A DNA stretch of 64,000 nucleotides from Alphaproteobacteria bacterium (GCA_965243135.1 OZ251539.1:3680001-3744000); one strand, 5' to 3'. Shown: positions 21,741 to 32,019, counted from the stretch's first letter. The notes: generated by a model from the letters alone, not told the origin. Made by a program: numbers and translations.

Positions 21741-22652
21741 ATGTCTTCGCGCCCGCTCAGAATCGGCACACGCGGAAGTCCGCTCGCCCTGGCGCAGGCC
21801 GACGAGGTTCGCCGGGAACTGGCCGGGCTGGACCCCGCCGCGGAAGGCGAGATCGTGGCCATTCGGACCGCGGGCGACCGCCTCTTGGGAAACAGGCCGC
21901 CCGACGGCAAGGGCGCGTTCACGAAGGAGATCGAAATCGCGCTGCTCGTCGGCGAAATCGATGTCGCGGTCCACTCGATGAAAGATGTTCCCACCCGGTT
22001 GCCGGACGGCCTTCTAATTGACTGCTTCATGCCGCGAGCCGATCCGAGGGACGCGCTGATCGCGCCGCAGGCGCGCAGTCTCGCCGAACTGCCCGCCGGC
22101 GCGACGGTGGGGACGTCGTCGCTGCGGCGCAAGGCGTTGATTCTTCATCGCCGGCCGGATCTGGACGTCGTTCCCCTGCGCGGCAACGTGGACACCAGGC
22201 TGGGACGAGTGGCCAGCGGCGACATGGACGCGACCCTGCTCGCGGTCGCCGGTCTCGACCGTCTCGGCCGGACGGGAGTCGAAATGGCGCCGCTCGATCC
22301 CGCGGACATGTTGCCGGCGGTTTGCCAAGGGATCATCGGGGTCGAGCGCCGGGCGGACGACGAGCGAACCGCAGAGTTGATCGAGCGCCTCGACGACCAC
22401 GCCGCCGCCGCCGCCGCCGCCGCCGAACGGGCGTTGCTGGCCGGTCTCGACGGTTCGTGCCGGACGCCCGTCGCGGCACTAGCGCAGATCGACGGCGACA
22501 TGCTGTCGCTTCGGTCGGCGATCGTTCGCCCGGACGGAAGCGAACTGCTGGAAACCGCGCGCGAGGGCCCGTGCGCCGACGCCGCGCGACTCGGCGCCGA
22601 CGCCGCCGCCGAGTTGCGCAACCGGGCTACGCCGGGGTTTTTCGATGACTGA
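21741..22652 (+). CDS. hemC: Hydroxymethylbilane synthase
   Basis: [42 protein letters not shown]. Confidence 0.97.
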   Translation: MSSRPLRIGTRGSPLALAQADEVRRELAGLDPAAEGEIVAIRTAGDRLLGNRPPDGKGAFTKEIEIALLVGEIDVAVHSMKDVPTRLPDGLLIDCFMPRADPRDALIAPQARSLAELPAGATVGTSSLRRKALILHRRPDLDVVPLRGNVDTRLGRVASGDMDATLLAVAGLDRLGRTGVEMAPLDPADMLPAVCQGIIGVERRADDERTAELIERLDDHAAAAAAAAERALLAGLDGSCRTPVAALAQIDGDMLSLRSAIVRPDGSELLETAREGPCADAARLGADAAAELRNRATPGFFDD

Positions 22653-24408
22653 GCTTCGCCGGGCACTGATCACCCGGCCGCGCGAAGATTCGGCCGCCCT
22701 GGCGGAGGCCCTGAAGCGCCGCGGGATCGAACCGGTTTCCGCGCCGATGATGACGGTCGCCTACGTTCCGGCGGAGATCGAAGACGCGTTCGAAGCCTGT
22801 CAGGCCGTTCTGTTCACCAGCCGCAACGGAGTCCGGGCGCTCTGCCGACTGACGCAGCGGCGCGACAGAACGGCTTACGCGGTCGGCGACGGAACGGCCG
22901 ACGCGGCGCGGGAAAACGGCTTCGCATCCGTGCGAAGCGCCGGCGGCGACAGCCGGGACCTCGCCCGCCTGGTCGCCGACACGCTCAAACCGGAGAACGG
23001 TCCGCTGCTGCACGCCGCCGGCGCGACGGTGGCGGGCGATCTTTCCGGCGCGCTCGAGAAAGCCGGATTCCGAACGATCCGGCGCGCGACGTACGAGGCC
23101 GAACCCGTCGCGGAATTGCCGCCCGGCGCCCTGGCCGCGCTCAGGGACGGGGCAGTCGACTGCGTCCTGTTCTTCTCGCCGAGAACGGCGCGTATATTTC
23201 TCGATCTTGTCGCCGCGGCGGGGATCGGCTCGTCCCTCGACGGTCTCGTCGCCCTTTGCCTGTCGGACGCGGTCGCGAAAGAACTCGATCCCGCCGCGTG
23301 GCGGGAAATTCGCGTCGCCGCCGCGCCGACTTCCGAGGCCATGGTGAAAATGCTGGAATCGGATTCTACCGCCCGGCCCGCCGCGCCGGAAAGCGCCGTC
23401 GTTTCGCGGCGCGCGGCGTCGTGGCGGCGCGCCGCGGCGGCCGTCGGGATCGTCGCGGTCGTCGCGGCGGCGGGATACGCCGCATTCGTTTCCTGGCGGT
23501 TTTCCGGGGGGGAAGATTCCGCCCGAATCGCAAGCCAGATCCGCGAGAACGCCGCGAGGGCGGAGAAAGAGAGCGAGAAGCGGAACGCCGTTCTCGCGCG
23601 CCGCGTCGAGCAGGCGGAAACTGGACTGGCGGAGGCGGCGGGGCGGCTCGACGAGCTGGCGGCGCGTCTGGCGTCCGTCCCCGACCGCGCGGACGACGAA
23701 GCGGCCGAGCGCGCGGCGCTCGCCGAAAAAGTCGCGCGTCTCGAAGAAGCGATAACGGAATTGCGGAACTCGGAAGCCGAGGCGCGGACGAAGGAGCTTC
23801 GGCGCGCGGACGAGACGGACCGCCTCTCGTCGTCTCTCGCGGCGCTGGTCGCGCGCGTCGGAGAACTCGAACGCCTCGCGAAGGAACGGCAGTCGGCCGG
23901 CGGCGCGCTGGCGCTGGCCGCCGGCCAGCTGCGCAACGCGATGTCCCGTTCCGCGCCCTACGCGGCGGAGCTCGCCGTTCTCGAACGCCTCGCCGCCGGA
24001 GATCGACGGGTCGCGACGGCGCTCGCACCGCTCGCGGCCGGCGCGGAAGCCGGGATTCCGTCCCGCGCGGTTCTGTTCGCGAAGCTGCCGGCCGCGGTGG
24101 CCGCCGCCGCGGCGAACCGGCCCGAGGCGCAGGGCGGATGGGTCGACCGCATCTCGCGCTGGCTGCGCGGCCTCGTCAAAGCGCGCCGAATCGACGGCAA
24201 GGGGGACGGCGACGACGCGCGGCTGGCCCGCGCCGAATTTGCGGCCGGGCGCGGCGATCTTACCGATGCCGCGCAGGAACTTTCCGGTCTTCGCGGGGCA
24301 AGCGCGCAAGCGGCGGCTCCCTGGCTCGCCGCGGCGCGGTCGCGGCTCGAGGCCGAAAAAGCCTTAGCCGAACTCGACCGGATCGTTCTCGAAGAGCTTC
24401 CGCGATGA
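22645..24408 (+). CDS. hemD: Uroporphyrinogen-III synthase fused to a mitofilin/Mic60 (COG4223) domain
   Basis: LITRP, FTSRNGV, AVGDGTA, FFSPRTA; then a TM helix, coiled coil and mitofilin-like C-terminus; lies between hemC and hemY. Confidence 0.85.
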   Translation: MTELRRALITRPREDSAALAEALKRRGIEPVSAPMMTVAYVPAEIEDAFEACQAVLFTSRNGVRALCRLTQRRDRTAYAVGDGTADAARENGFASVRSAGGDSRDLARLVADTLKPENGPLLHAAGATVAGDLSGALEKAGFRTIRRATYEAEPVAELPPGALAALRDGAVDCVLFFSPRTARIFLDLVAAAGIGSSLDGLVALCLSDAVAKELDPAAWREIRVAAAPTSEAMVKMLESDSTARPAAPESAVVSRRAASWRRAAAAVGIVAVVAAAGYAAFVSWRFSGGEDSARIASQIRENAARAEKESEKRNAVLARRVEQAETGLAEAAGRLDELAARLASVPDRADDEAAERAALAEKVARLEEAITELRNSEAEARTKELRRADETDRLSSSLAALVARVGELERLAKERQSAGGALALAAGQLRNAMSRSAPYAAELAVLERLAAGDRRVATALAPLAAGAEAGIPSRAVLFAKLPAAVAAAAANRPEAQGGWVDRISRWLRGLVKARRIDGKGDGDDARLARAEFAAGRGDLTDAAQELSGLRGASAQAAAPWLAAARSRLEAEKALAELDRIVLEELPR

Positions 24409-25781
24409 TCCGGTCGACGATCAAGTTTCTCGTCGCGCTCGCCGCGGTGGCCGCCGCCGCGGCATGGCTCGGCGAACGTCCGGGAGACGTTTCCATCCGG
24501 TGGCAGGGCTGGCTGATCGAGATGTCGGTCGGCCGGTTCGCCCTGGCTTTCGTCGCGGCGGTCGGCGCCGCCCTGCTTGTCGCGAGCGTCGTTCGCGCCG
24601 TCGGAGGCGCGCCCGGGCGGTATCGGGCGGGACGCCGCGCGGCCCGCCGGGAACGCGGTTACCGAGCGCTGACCCATGGCATGGTCGCCGTCGCCGCCGG
24701 CGACCCGCGCGAGGCTCTCCGGCAGGCGCGCCGCGCCGACGTGCTCCTCAACGAGCCGCCGCTCACCCTGCTCCTGTCCGCTCAGGCCGCGCAACTCAAC
24801 GGCGAGGAGACTGCGGCAAGGCGATATTTCACCGGCATGCTGGAGCGTCCCGAGACTGCGTTTCTCGGGCTCAGGGGGCTTCTCGTGCAGGCGCAACGCG
24901 ACGGCGACCGGCGCGCCGCGCTCGATTACGCCGACCGGGCATACCGGTTGCGGCCGGCGACTCCCTGGGTCGTCGCGACGCTGCTCGACCTTCAGGTCCG
25001 GGACGGACGTTGGCGCGCCGCGCTGGAAACCCTCGAGAGGGCGTCGAAAAGAAAGGTGCTGCCCGCCGAGGAATGGCGCGAGCGCCATGCGGCCGTGCTG
25101 ATGGGCTGCAGCGACGATGCGGGCGACAACGCCGGAGAAGCCATGCGTTTCGCGCGCCGCGCCCGCGCCCTGGCGCCGGACTTCCTGCCTGCATCGTTGC
25201 GGATCGCGGACATCCTCGCGCGGGCGAACAAAAAGCGACGCGCCGAGCGCATGATCCGCGAAGCGTGGCGGCGCACGCCGCATCCGGAACTCGCCAGGGT
25301 CTACGGAGAGATCGGCGGCGGCGACGCCCTGAGCCTCGTGCGCAGATGCGAGAACCTGCTTTCGTTCAACCCCCGGCACGAGGAAAGCCACGTTCAGCTG
25401 GCGCAGGCGGCGCTCGCCGCCGGCCTGTGGGGAAAGGCGCGGGCGCATCTCGGGAATGCGGCGGCGGACGAACCTTCGATGCGGATATGCCGCCTGATGG
25501 CGGAACTCGAGGAACGCGAGAGCGGCGACGTCGGAAAAGCGCGAGATTGGCTGTTGCGAGCGTCGACGGCTCCGCCCGATCCCGCATGGGTGTGCAACGA
25601 TTGCGGCAGCGCTCGGGAGAATTGGCGTCCTTTATGCGGAGCGTGCGGCGCGCTGGGCGAACTTGTCTGGCGCGCTCCGACGCACGGCCGAGAAGACGAC
25701 GACAGCGAACTGGTTCTGGCCGAAATCGCGCAGGACGACCGGAATGCCGGGCGCGACGAGTCCGTCCGGGACTCCGCGTAG
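24405..25781 (+). CDS. HemY N-terminal domain/TPR membrane protein
   Basis: PGDVSIRWQGW, LTLLLSAQAAQL, FLGLRGL, C-terminal CxxC...CxxC; ATGA overlap. Confidence 0.88.
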   Translation: MIRSTIKFLVALAAVAAAAAWLGERPGDVSIRWQGWLIEMSVGRFALAFVAAVGAALLVASVVRAVGGAPGRYRAGRRAARRERGYRALTHGMVAVAAGDPREALRQARRADVLLNEPPLTLLLSAQAAQLNGEETAARRYFTGMLERPETAFLGLRGLLVQAQRDGDRRAALDYADRAYRLRPATPWVVATLLDLQVRDGRWRAALETLERASKRKVLPAEEWRERHAAVLMGCSDDAGDNAGEAMRFARRARALAPDFLPASLRIADILARANKKRRAERMIREAWRRTPHPELARVYGEIGGGDALSLVRRCENLLSFNPRHEESHVQLAQAALAAGLWGKARAHLGNAAADEPSMRICRLMAELEERESGDVGKARDWLLRASTAPPDPAWVCNDCGSARENWRPLCGACGALGELVWRAPTHGREDDDSELVLAEIAQDDRNAGRDESVRDSA

Positions 25782-26125
25782 GAGCCAAGGCGCGCGGCCC
25801 ACCACGGAGACGCGCGCCTCACGCGCCGTTCGTCATCTCTCGAAATGCGCGCCGCCTTCATGGGACGGGAAATTTCCCCGCTTCGGACAACCGCGGATTT
25901 TCCGGCGGGGACCACGGTTTCCGGAGACGCCCCCGTCCAGACGCCGCCCCTACGGCAAACGGCCGCGCCGGGCAACATTCCGGCGAAAGCGGGGCATCAC
26001 GTGCGATCGGGAATACGTCGACGCTGAACCGGGGAGGAGACCCATGTTGCGACGAATCGTCCGCCTGCAACCGCGCCTCCAGCCCGTCGCTTCGTCAAGA
26101 ATCGCCGCGGCGCAGCGCAACCGCC

Positions 26126-26154
26126 TTGACGGCTCCGGTGCGGTCACCTACTCT
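26126..26154 (+). promoter_or_regulatory. Sigma70-like promoter, probably leaderless transcript
   Basis: TTGACG-N17-TACTCT, ATG 6 nt downstream. Confidence 0.55.
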
Positions 26155-26160
26155 CCTCGG

Positions 26161-27702
26161 ATGATGAGACGCATGCTTCCGACCGGCATGACCTCCCTCC
26201 GGGAGATCCGGGAGCTGGACTGCTACTACGTCGACAAGACAGACCATGTGCGCCGCCTCGTCGAGAGAGGCAAATTCTATTTCCTGTCGCGTCCGCGCCG
26301 GTTCGGCAAGAGCCTTCTGGTGGACACGATGCAAGAGTTGTTCGAGGGAAGCGAGGAGCTCTTCCGGGGGCTGGACATCCATGGACGATGGGACTGGTCA
26401 ACCCGCCATCCAGTGCTGCGGATCGACTTTAGCGGGCGGACCTTCACCGAACCCGGCCACTTGGAGAGAAACCTCGCGGCTCAGTTAGGCGCCGCCGAAC
26501 GGCGGGCGGGAATCGAGGCGCTGCACCCGGACGCCCCGGAGCGCTTTGCGCATCTGATCTCGGCCCTGCACGAGCGCACCGGGCAGCGGACGGTCGTTCT
26601 GGTGGACGAATACGACAAGCCGATTCTCGATGCGCTCGGCAAGCCGGAACTGGCGCACGCCAACCGCGATTTCCTGCGCGGACTTTATTCGGCCATCAAG
26701 TTCAGCGACAGGCAGCTCCGTTTCGTTTTTCTTACGGGGGTGAGCAAGTTCTCGAAGGCGGGTATTTTCTCGGGCCTGAACAACCTGCGCGACATCACGC
26801 TGGCGCCGGAGTTGTCGGACATTTGCGGCTACACGGACGCGGAGCTGGACGCGGTCTTCGCCCAAGAACTCGATGGCCTGGACCGGGACGAAATCCGCCG
26901 CTGGTACAACGGCTATAACTGGCGCGGCGCTGAGAAGGTCTACAACCCGTTCGATATTCTCCTGCTCTTCGAAACGCGCGAATTCAAGGCGCACTGGTTC
27001 GAGACCGGGACGCCGCGCTTTCTCGTCGATCTTCTGTCGCGGCGCCGGGTCGCGCCTCCGGCCCTGGAGAGCATGGTCGCGGACGATTCGCTGCTGTCGG
27101 CCTTCGACGTCGACGACATCTCGATCGAAGCGCTTTTGTTTCAGACCGGCTATCTGACCATCGTCGGGGAAGAAGCCGTCGGCGTCCGGAGCCTGTACCG
27201 GCTGGACTATCCGAACTACGAAGTGAAGTTCAGCCTGAACGGGCGGCTGCTGCGCGCGATGTCGCCGGCAACGGGAGGGGAGGCGATGCGGCAGGCGGAA
27301 CTTGCAAGGCTGACGGCGGAGGACGATCCGGAAAAGGTGAGGACGCTGTTCGAGGCGTTCTTCGCGAGCGTTCCTCACGACTGGCACCGGAAGAACGAGC
27401 TCTACGAGGGCTATTGGGCGGCCCTCGTCTACTCGCACTTCGCGGCGGCGGGGCTGGACGTTCGGGTCGAGGAAGCGACCGCCCGCGGGCGCCTGGACAT
27501 GGCTGTGCTTAGTCCGGGATGCGTGCATCTGTACGAGTTCAAGGTCGTGGGTCCGGGGCAGGAGGGCCAAGCGCTGGCGCAGATGCGGGAGCGCGGCTAC
27601 GCGGACAAGTACCGGCATCTCGGGGTGCCGATCCGGTTGATCGGCATGGAGTTCGGCCGGGAGGAGCGCAACATCGTCGGGTTCGAGTTCGAAACCGCCT
27701 GA
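26161..27702 (+). CDS. AAA-ATPase-like + PD-(D/E)XK (PDDEXK_9) nuclease
   Basis: YYVDKT, LSRPRRFGKS, VDEYDKP, YNPF, WFETGTP, GRLD..LYEFK. Confidence 0.9.
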   Translation: MMRRMLPTGMTSLREIRELDCYYVDKTDHVRRLVERGKFYFLSRPRRFGKSLLVDTMQELFEGSEELFRGLDIHGRWDWSTRHPVLRIDFSGRTFTEPGHLERNLAAQLGAAERRAGIEALHPDAPERFAHLISALHERTGQRTVVLVDEYDKPILDALGKPELAHANRDFLRGLYSAIKFSDRQLRFVFLTGVSKFSKAGIFSGLNNLRDITLAPELSDICGYTDAELDAVFAQELDGLDRDEIRRWYNGYNWRGAEKVYNPFDILLLFETREFKAHWFETGTPRFLVDLLSRRRVAPPALESMVADDSLLSAFDVDDISIEALLFQTGYLTIVGEEAVGVRSLYRLDYPNYEVKFSLNGRLLRAMSPATGGEAMRQAELARLTAEDDPEKVRTLFEAFFASVPHDWHRKNELYEGYWAALVYSHFAAAGLDVRVEEATARGRLDMAVLSPGCVHLYEFKVVGPGQEGQALAQMRERGYADKYRHLGVPIRLIGMEFGREERNIVGFEFETA

Positions 27703-27872
27703 TGCCGTGATCCGCAGGCGGACCAGTTGTCGGCGGCCGCCTCCGCCAAATGCCGCGAGCAGACCGGGTTTCGGATCCGGTTGGCGTGCGCCCGCCGAGA
27801 GCGTCCAGAGCGGGACGCCGAGCGGACGGCAGTCCGAAAAAAACGGCGCAGCGCAAACGCCGCAGCCTCCGC

Positions 27873-27901
27873 TTGCCGGCAACGATTATCGGTGCTATTC
27901 T
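27873..27901 (+). promoter_or_regulatory. Sigma70-like promoter of tRNA-Thr
   Basis: TTGCCG-N17-TATTCT. Confidence 0.55.
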
Positions 27902-27912
27902 TGCGCTATGTT

Positions 27913-27988
27913 GCCGATGTAGCTCAGCTGGTAGAGCAACGCATTCGTAATGCGTGGGTCGGGGGTTCGAGTCCCTCCATCGGCACCA
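27913..27988 (+). tRNA. tRNA-Thr(CGT)
   Basis: Cloverleaf; anticodon arm acgca-ttCGTaa-tgcgt; GGTTCGAGTCC; encoded CCA. Confidence 0.97.
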
Positions 27989-28141
27989 TAAGCAATGCGG
28001 AAAACTCAGGAACAAATATTGCCGACCGAGATTCCCTCGGAGGCGTGTCGGCTTGCCCCGATTCGTTGTCGACGCCATGCGCGGGAAGATCGTCTCGACG
28101 TTCATGTGCGCCGTCAAATCGTTCGATGAAGGATATTCCGA

Positions 28142-28480
28142 ATGCCGGGAGTTACGAAGCCTTGGGACCGTCCAGAGCTCAACCATGGCAAACTCACCCA
28201 TGATTTCGAGGAGATCGCCGCCGACGTTCAGTCTCGCGGCCTGCCAAAGCCGGGCAGCAGCGCCAACCGGCAGCTCACGATCCAGAATACGTTCAAACCG
28301 GACATACCGTGGTCGGTGCGTGTCGGAAGGTACCTGAACAGACGAAATTACCCGATGGGCGAGCCTTGGTACATCGAGTGGATAACGCCGGGCTCCGCAC
28401 CGATAAACGAGCGGACGACAAGATGCACTTTCTCCACTCGGAACGACGTAATCGACTGGCTTCAAAAGAACGGGTTCTGA
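28142..28480 (+). CDS. Hypothetical protein (112 aa)
   Basis: AAGGA upstream, globular composition; no family recognised. Confidence 0.55.
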   Translation: MPGVTKPWDRPELNHGKLTHDFEEIAADVQSRGLPKPGSSANRQLTIQNTFKPDIPWSVRVGRYLNRRNYPMGEPWYIEWITPGSAPINERTTRCTFSTRNDVIDWLQKNGF

Positions 28481-28777
28481 CCTGAATTTCCGATCAGCCT
28501 CAGCGTATTTTTCGCGTAAAATTCCTCTGCCTTCGTCGCGGAACGAGGTTCTCGCGCGGCATGGCGGCGCCGCTCTCGTCACGTTATCGAAACTTGGCCT
28601 TGGCGACGAGGATGACGACAAGCTGACGAAATACGGATAAATCCGACCGGGAATCGATTCGATTGACGAAAAAATCACTTCCATTCATTGCTGGTGACGG
28701 CACTGACGCCTCGGCATCAGTCGCGTACTGCAGCGTCTTTTTCTAATGTCCCCTCCCAGACGACGATCCTGCCTTCT

Positions 28778-30378
28778 TTGCTGTGTAACTAACCCCGAGC
28801 TGCCGGCCACACGAAGCCGTTCCGCAAATCGAAGATTTTTTTCGCGGCGGCGCTTGCCGTTCGGAGGTCTTGCGGCGCTGAGGGCTGCCTCGTAACGCCC
28901 TGTCTTCACACCGCGCTGCCTGGACCCGGAACGGCTATGTCGCGGCGCTCAGGCCGCCTGTCGTGCTCGTGCCCGCCGTGGCCGCCGCACCGCCCGTTGC
29001 GGCATGCGCCTTCGTCGTCCTGCGACGTTGTACGTTTCGAGCATGCGGATCCAACGAGGAGCATTGCGCCTCACCGCCTCGTAGTCGGTCTCAGGATCCC
29101 GGTAAGGCTTGCCGGTCCGAAGGACGCAGTAGACCACGCAAAGCAGTTTGTGCGCATTGGCGACGATGGCGCGTTCCGCAGCGGGGCACCTTATGGTAGC
29201 CTTGGAATTGACAGTTGTCGGTTCGTGCGGCACCGTGCGCACACTCGATCAACACCCTGCGCAGCGTTGCCTTTGCGGCTTCGCCCGCTGCGTCGCTTGC
29301 CTGCGCTTTTGTCGTTGCCGGGGCACACGCCGGACTAGGCGGCGCAGCGGACGGCGGAACCGAACACGCCGAGGTCGGGGCCAAGGGCGGAGGCCGACTC
29401 CTTGTCGATCCCGGGGATCGTCTGCAAGAGAAGAAGTTGCTTCTCGAAGCCGTCGAGGCCTTCCCGAATGAGTTTGTCGTAGTGCGCGATCTTCTGCTCG
29501 CATGGCCGTGGCAGCAGGTCGCCTTGCCGGCTGTACGGGTCGAGGTCGCAGGCGAGGGCTTCGCGTATCGCGCTTGTTGGCGACATGACGGGAAAGAGAC
29601 GCGACGATTTTCTCCCGCGACTCTCCGTCGATTATACCAAATGTACTATTAAGTGACCTGTATAACAAATGACTGTACTCGTTTATGTGCAACGAGAATG
29701 GGCTGCTGCAACCCCCGCAAAAACAAGTCATTTAATTGTGGGATTGGTATTGCTCCGTGAAGAATGCGCATCCCGGTGACGCCGAACACGTCCGAGAGCA
29801 CTCCGCCGATGCCGCCGCGGTCCAAAATCTTGTGGACACGGTTGCGCAACCGAGCGCAGCCATCCGCCGGGCGGCTCAGCACGCGCAGACGCCGGAACTC
29901 GCGCGGCAGGACCAGACTCGGAGCCGCCAGACCGAATTTGCAGGCCAGCCACCTGCTGTCGGCGACTTTTCCGGCCCCTGCTTGACGTGCTGCCCATGCA
30001 ACAGGTCGACGCCGGCGTCTTTCAGCGCGGAAGTTCCCAGGCCGGTCGCCTCCGCGGCGGTCACGCCATGGCCGAGCAGCCACGCCACGAGATCGCGCAT
30101 TCGGCTCTCCAGGATGCTGAAAGCCTCGGTCTCGGAATCGCCACCCTCCGGCGAACACAATCGCACCGTCGCAGTGATCTCCATCTTGTGAACGTCCAGA
30201 CCCGCTGCGCGCGGGTGGACAACGTGCATCTTGTCAGTTAGCATCGACGCTTCCATGTGAGAGTTGGCGGGTGCGGGGGACCTTCGGAACGAAAGTCACG
30301 TGCCGGTTCAGCCATTTTGTTGTACGTCCACAGCGCGGAGCCGGGAACAATACGGGGCTTGAGGCCGTTGGCACAGTT
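28778..30378 (-). mobile_element. IS110 family element, pseudogenised
   Basis: AAGLDVHK N-terminus, LLQTIPGI, LRRVLIECAHGAART, AIVANAHKLL; multiple frameshifts. Confidence 0.85.
29634..29750. mobile_element. 117-bp AT-rich MITE-like insert within the IS110
   Basis: Imperfect 24-bp terminal IRs ataccaaatgtactattaagtgac / gtcatttaattgtgggattggtat. Confidence 0.6.
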
Positions 30379-30545
30379 TGCTGTGTAACTACCCCGAACT
30401 GCCGGCCGCACAGAACCGTTCCGCGAATCGAAGATTTTTTCGCGGCGGCACTGGCCGTTCGAGAGGAGCGTGACGCTGAGGGCAGCCCCGTATAGCCCTG
30501 TTTTCGCGCCGCGACGCCCGAACCCGGAACGGTTATGTCGGCGCA
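30377..30545. repeat. Diverged direct repeat of 28778-28948 (IS110 downstream end)
   Basis: Both copies run tttgctgtgtaact...aatcgaagatttttt...cccggaacgg..atgtc. Confidence 0.85.
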
Positions 30546-30573
30546 TGATAGCGGCGCGACGCCAGCAAAACCA

Positions 30574-30749
30574 CCAGTTACATGCTACGGGGCGAGCAGG
30601 CGCCGATCATGAGCGTTTGTCTTCGGGAAACCAGCGTTCACCGCAAAAAAATCGTCCACATACCCGCTCAATAGCCCAACCAGCGGGCAGGACGCAGAGC
30701 CAGTTACATGCTACGGGGCGAGCAGGCGCCGGCCATGTGCGTTTGTCTT
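30574..30749. repeat. ~50-bp direct repeat, 2 copies 126 bp apart
   Basis: ccagttacatgctacggggcgagcaggcgccg..catg.gcgtttgtctt at 30574 and 30700. Confidence 0.85.
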
Positions 30750-31008
30750 GGCGTTCAGGGAGCGCGCAACTCTTGTGGCCTGCCTGATGGCTACCGGAGC
30801 GAGCCGCAGGATGCCGTGTGGACAGCGGCCGTCAAGAATGGCACAGCGCAACCGCCTTCTGGAGAGGGAGGTGCATCTGGACAGTATATGGCCTATATGT
30901 TACTTAATGGCATGTAGTATGCTATTCTTCTGCGGAGTACGGTCCATGCTGCGCCGAGGTACGGTATTGAGTGGTATCGGGAAATCATCAGAATTCGGGG
31001 AGTACGCT

Positions 31009-31263
31009 ATGCATCGGATTGCCGCACGTTCGCCGGGTAGCCCCGCATCCAGGGTGGTGCGACGGACGCTACTGAGCATGTTTCGTGGGGAACGCGCCTT
31101 CCTGCCCGCCGCGCTGAGGACCATAAGCAGCGCCGGCGATTGCTACGCGCCAGCCCGTCCGCTCCGGTACCCGCAGGACGCCAGCCACCGGGACCTGATA
31201 CGCATCGGCAAGGACATGTACAAGGCGATGGGACAGTATTCGGTAGAAAAGAATGGAGCATAA
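31009..31263 (+). CDS. Small hypothetical protein coupled to the DUF2335 gene
   Basis: GGGGAG RBS before ATG 31009; C-terminal DLIRIGKDMYKAM helix; overlaps the next start. Confidence 0.5.
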   Translation: MHRIAARSPGSPASRVVRRTLLSMFRGERAFLPAALRTISSAGDCYAPARPLRYPQDASHRDLIRIGKDMYKAMGQYSVEKNGA

Positions 31264-31675
31264 CAAGAAAGAGCAGGGTGAAGAGTCTCCGAGCCCGGCA
31301 TCCAATCTGCCTCCCAAGGAGATTCTCGACAATCTTCCAGAACATGTTCGTGTCTCGATCGTCGAGGCAGCGTCGTTTTCCGGCCCCCTTCCACCGCCAA
31401 CGATGTACCGGGAGTACGAGAGCGCGCTGCCTGGAAGCGCGGAACGCATTCTCGCCATGGTAGAAAAGGAGCAGAAGCACCGCATCATGTGGGAAACGAC
31501 TGCACTGAACGCCTCTGGACAGGAAACAAAGAGAGGACAGTGGCTCGGCTTTGCCATAGCGATGGCTTGCCTCGGTGCGGCGATATTTCTTGCCGTAAGC
31601 GGACACGAAGTGGTAGCGTGCATCGCATTGGGTGCCGGTGCCGTAGGTCTCGTTGGTCGTTTCCTAGGGAAGTGA
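31253..31675 (+). CDS. DUF2335 membrane protein
   Basis: FSGPLPPP..YE..LPGSAERILAM.EKEQ.HR followed by two TM helices. Confidence 0.85.
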   Translation: MEHNKKEQGEESPSPASNLPPKEILDNLPEHVRVSIVEAASFSGPLPPPTMYREYESALPGSAERILAMVEKEQKHRIMWETTALNASGQETKRGQWLGFAIAMACLGAAIFLAVSGHEVVACIALGAGAVGLVGRFLGK

Positions 31676-32019
31676 ATAGTGGAGTGCACGATGCGAGAAT
31701 GTTGGCGGTACACCAGCGCGACGGGCATCATGTGAGCCGGAAAGATAACGGATTCGTAATGCGTGGGTCGGGGGTTCGAGTCCTTCCATCGGCACCATAA
31801 GCGATGAGGACAAAGTTGATTTGGTGCAGAGCGCTAATCTCACTTTTTTGGAAGCCTGTCAGCTTAGTCTCGATTCTCGGGACGAAATCGATCATCGCCC
31901 GATTACAGATTTTAGCGCATATTCGATGAATGGAACCTCAGAAATTGATTTATCGCTGCAGGGAATTGTCGCGAGCGTCGGAGAATAATCATTCATCATA
32001 CGGATAAAGAAGGAGTGAA

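Larger units (their letters stand above)
27943..31802. mobile_element. Integrase-less genomic islet bounded by a tRNA-Thr 3' duplication
   Basis: 51-bp direct repeat, 27943-27993 vs 31752-31802, 1 mismatch. Confidence 0.85.

Noticed and set aside
30385-30581. Possible IS66-like MITE with GTAACT/AGTTAC ends
   Set aside because: Only a 6-bp IR and no TSD; better explained as the IS110 end repeat
30574-30749. Possible CRISPR array
   Set aside because: Only two ~50-bp repeats, a long spacer and no cas genes
31752-31797. Second tRNA-Thr gene
   Set aside because: Only the 3' half from the anticodon loop is present; it is an att duplication
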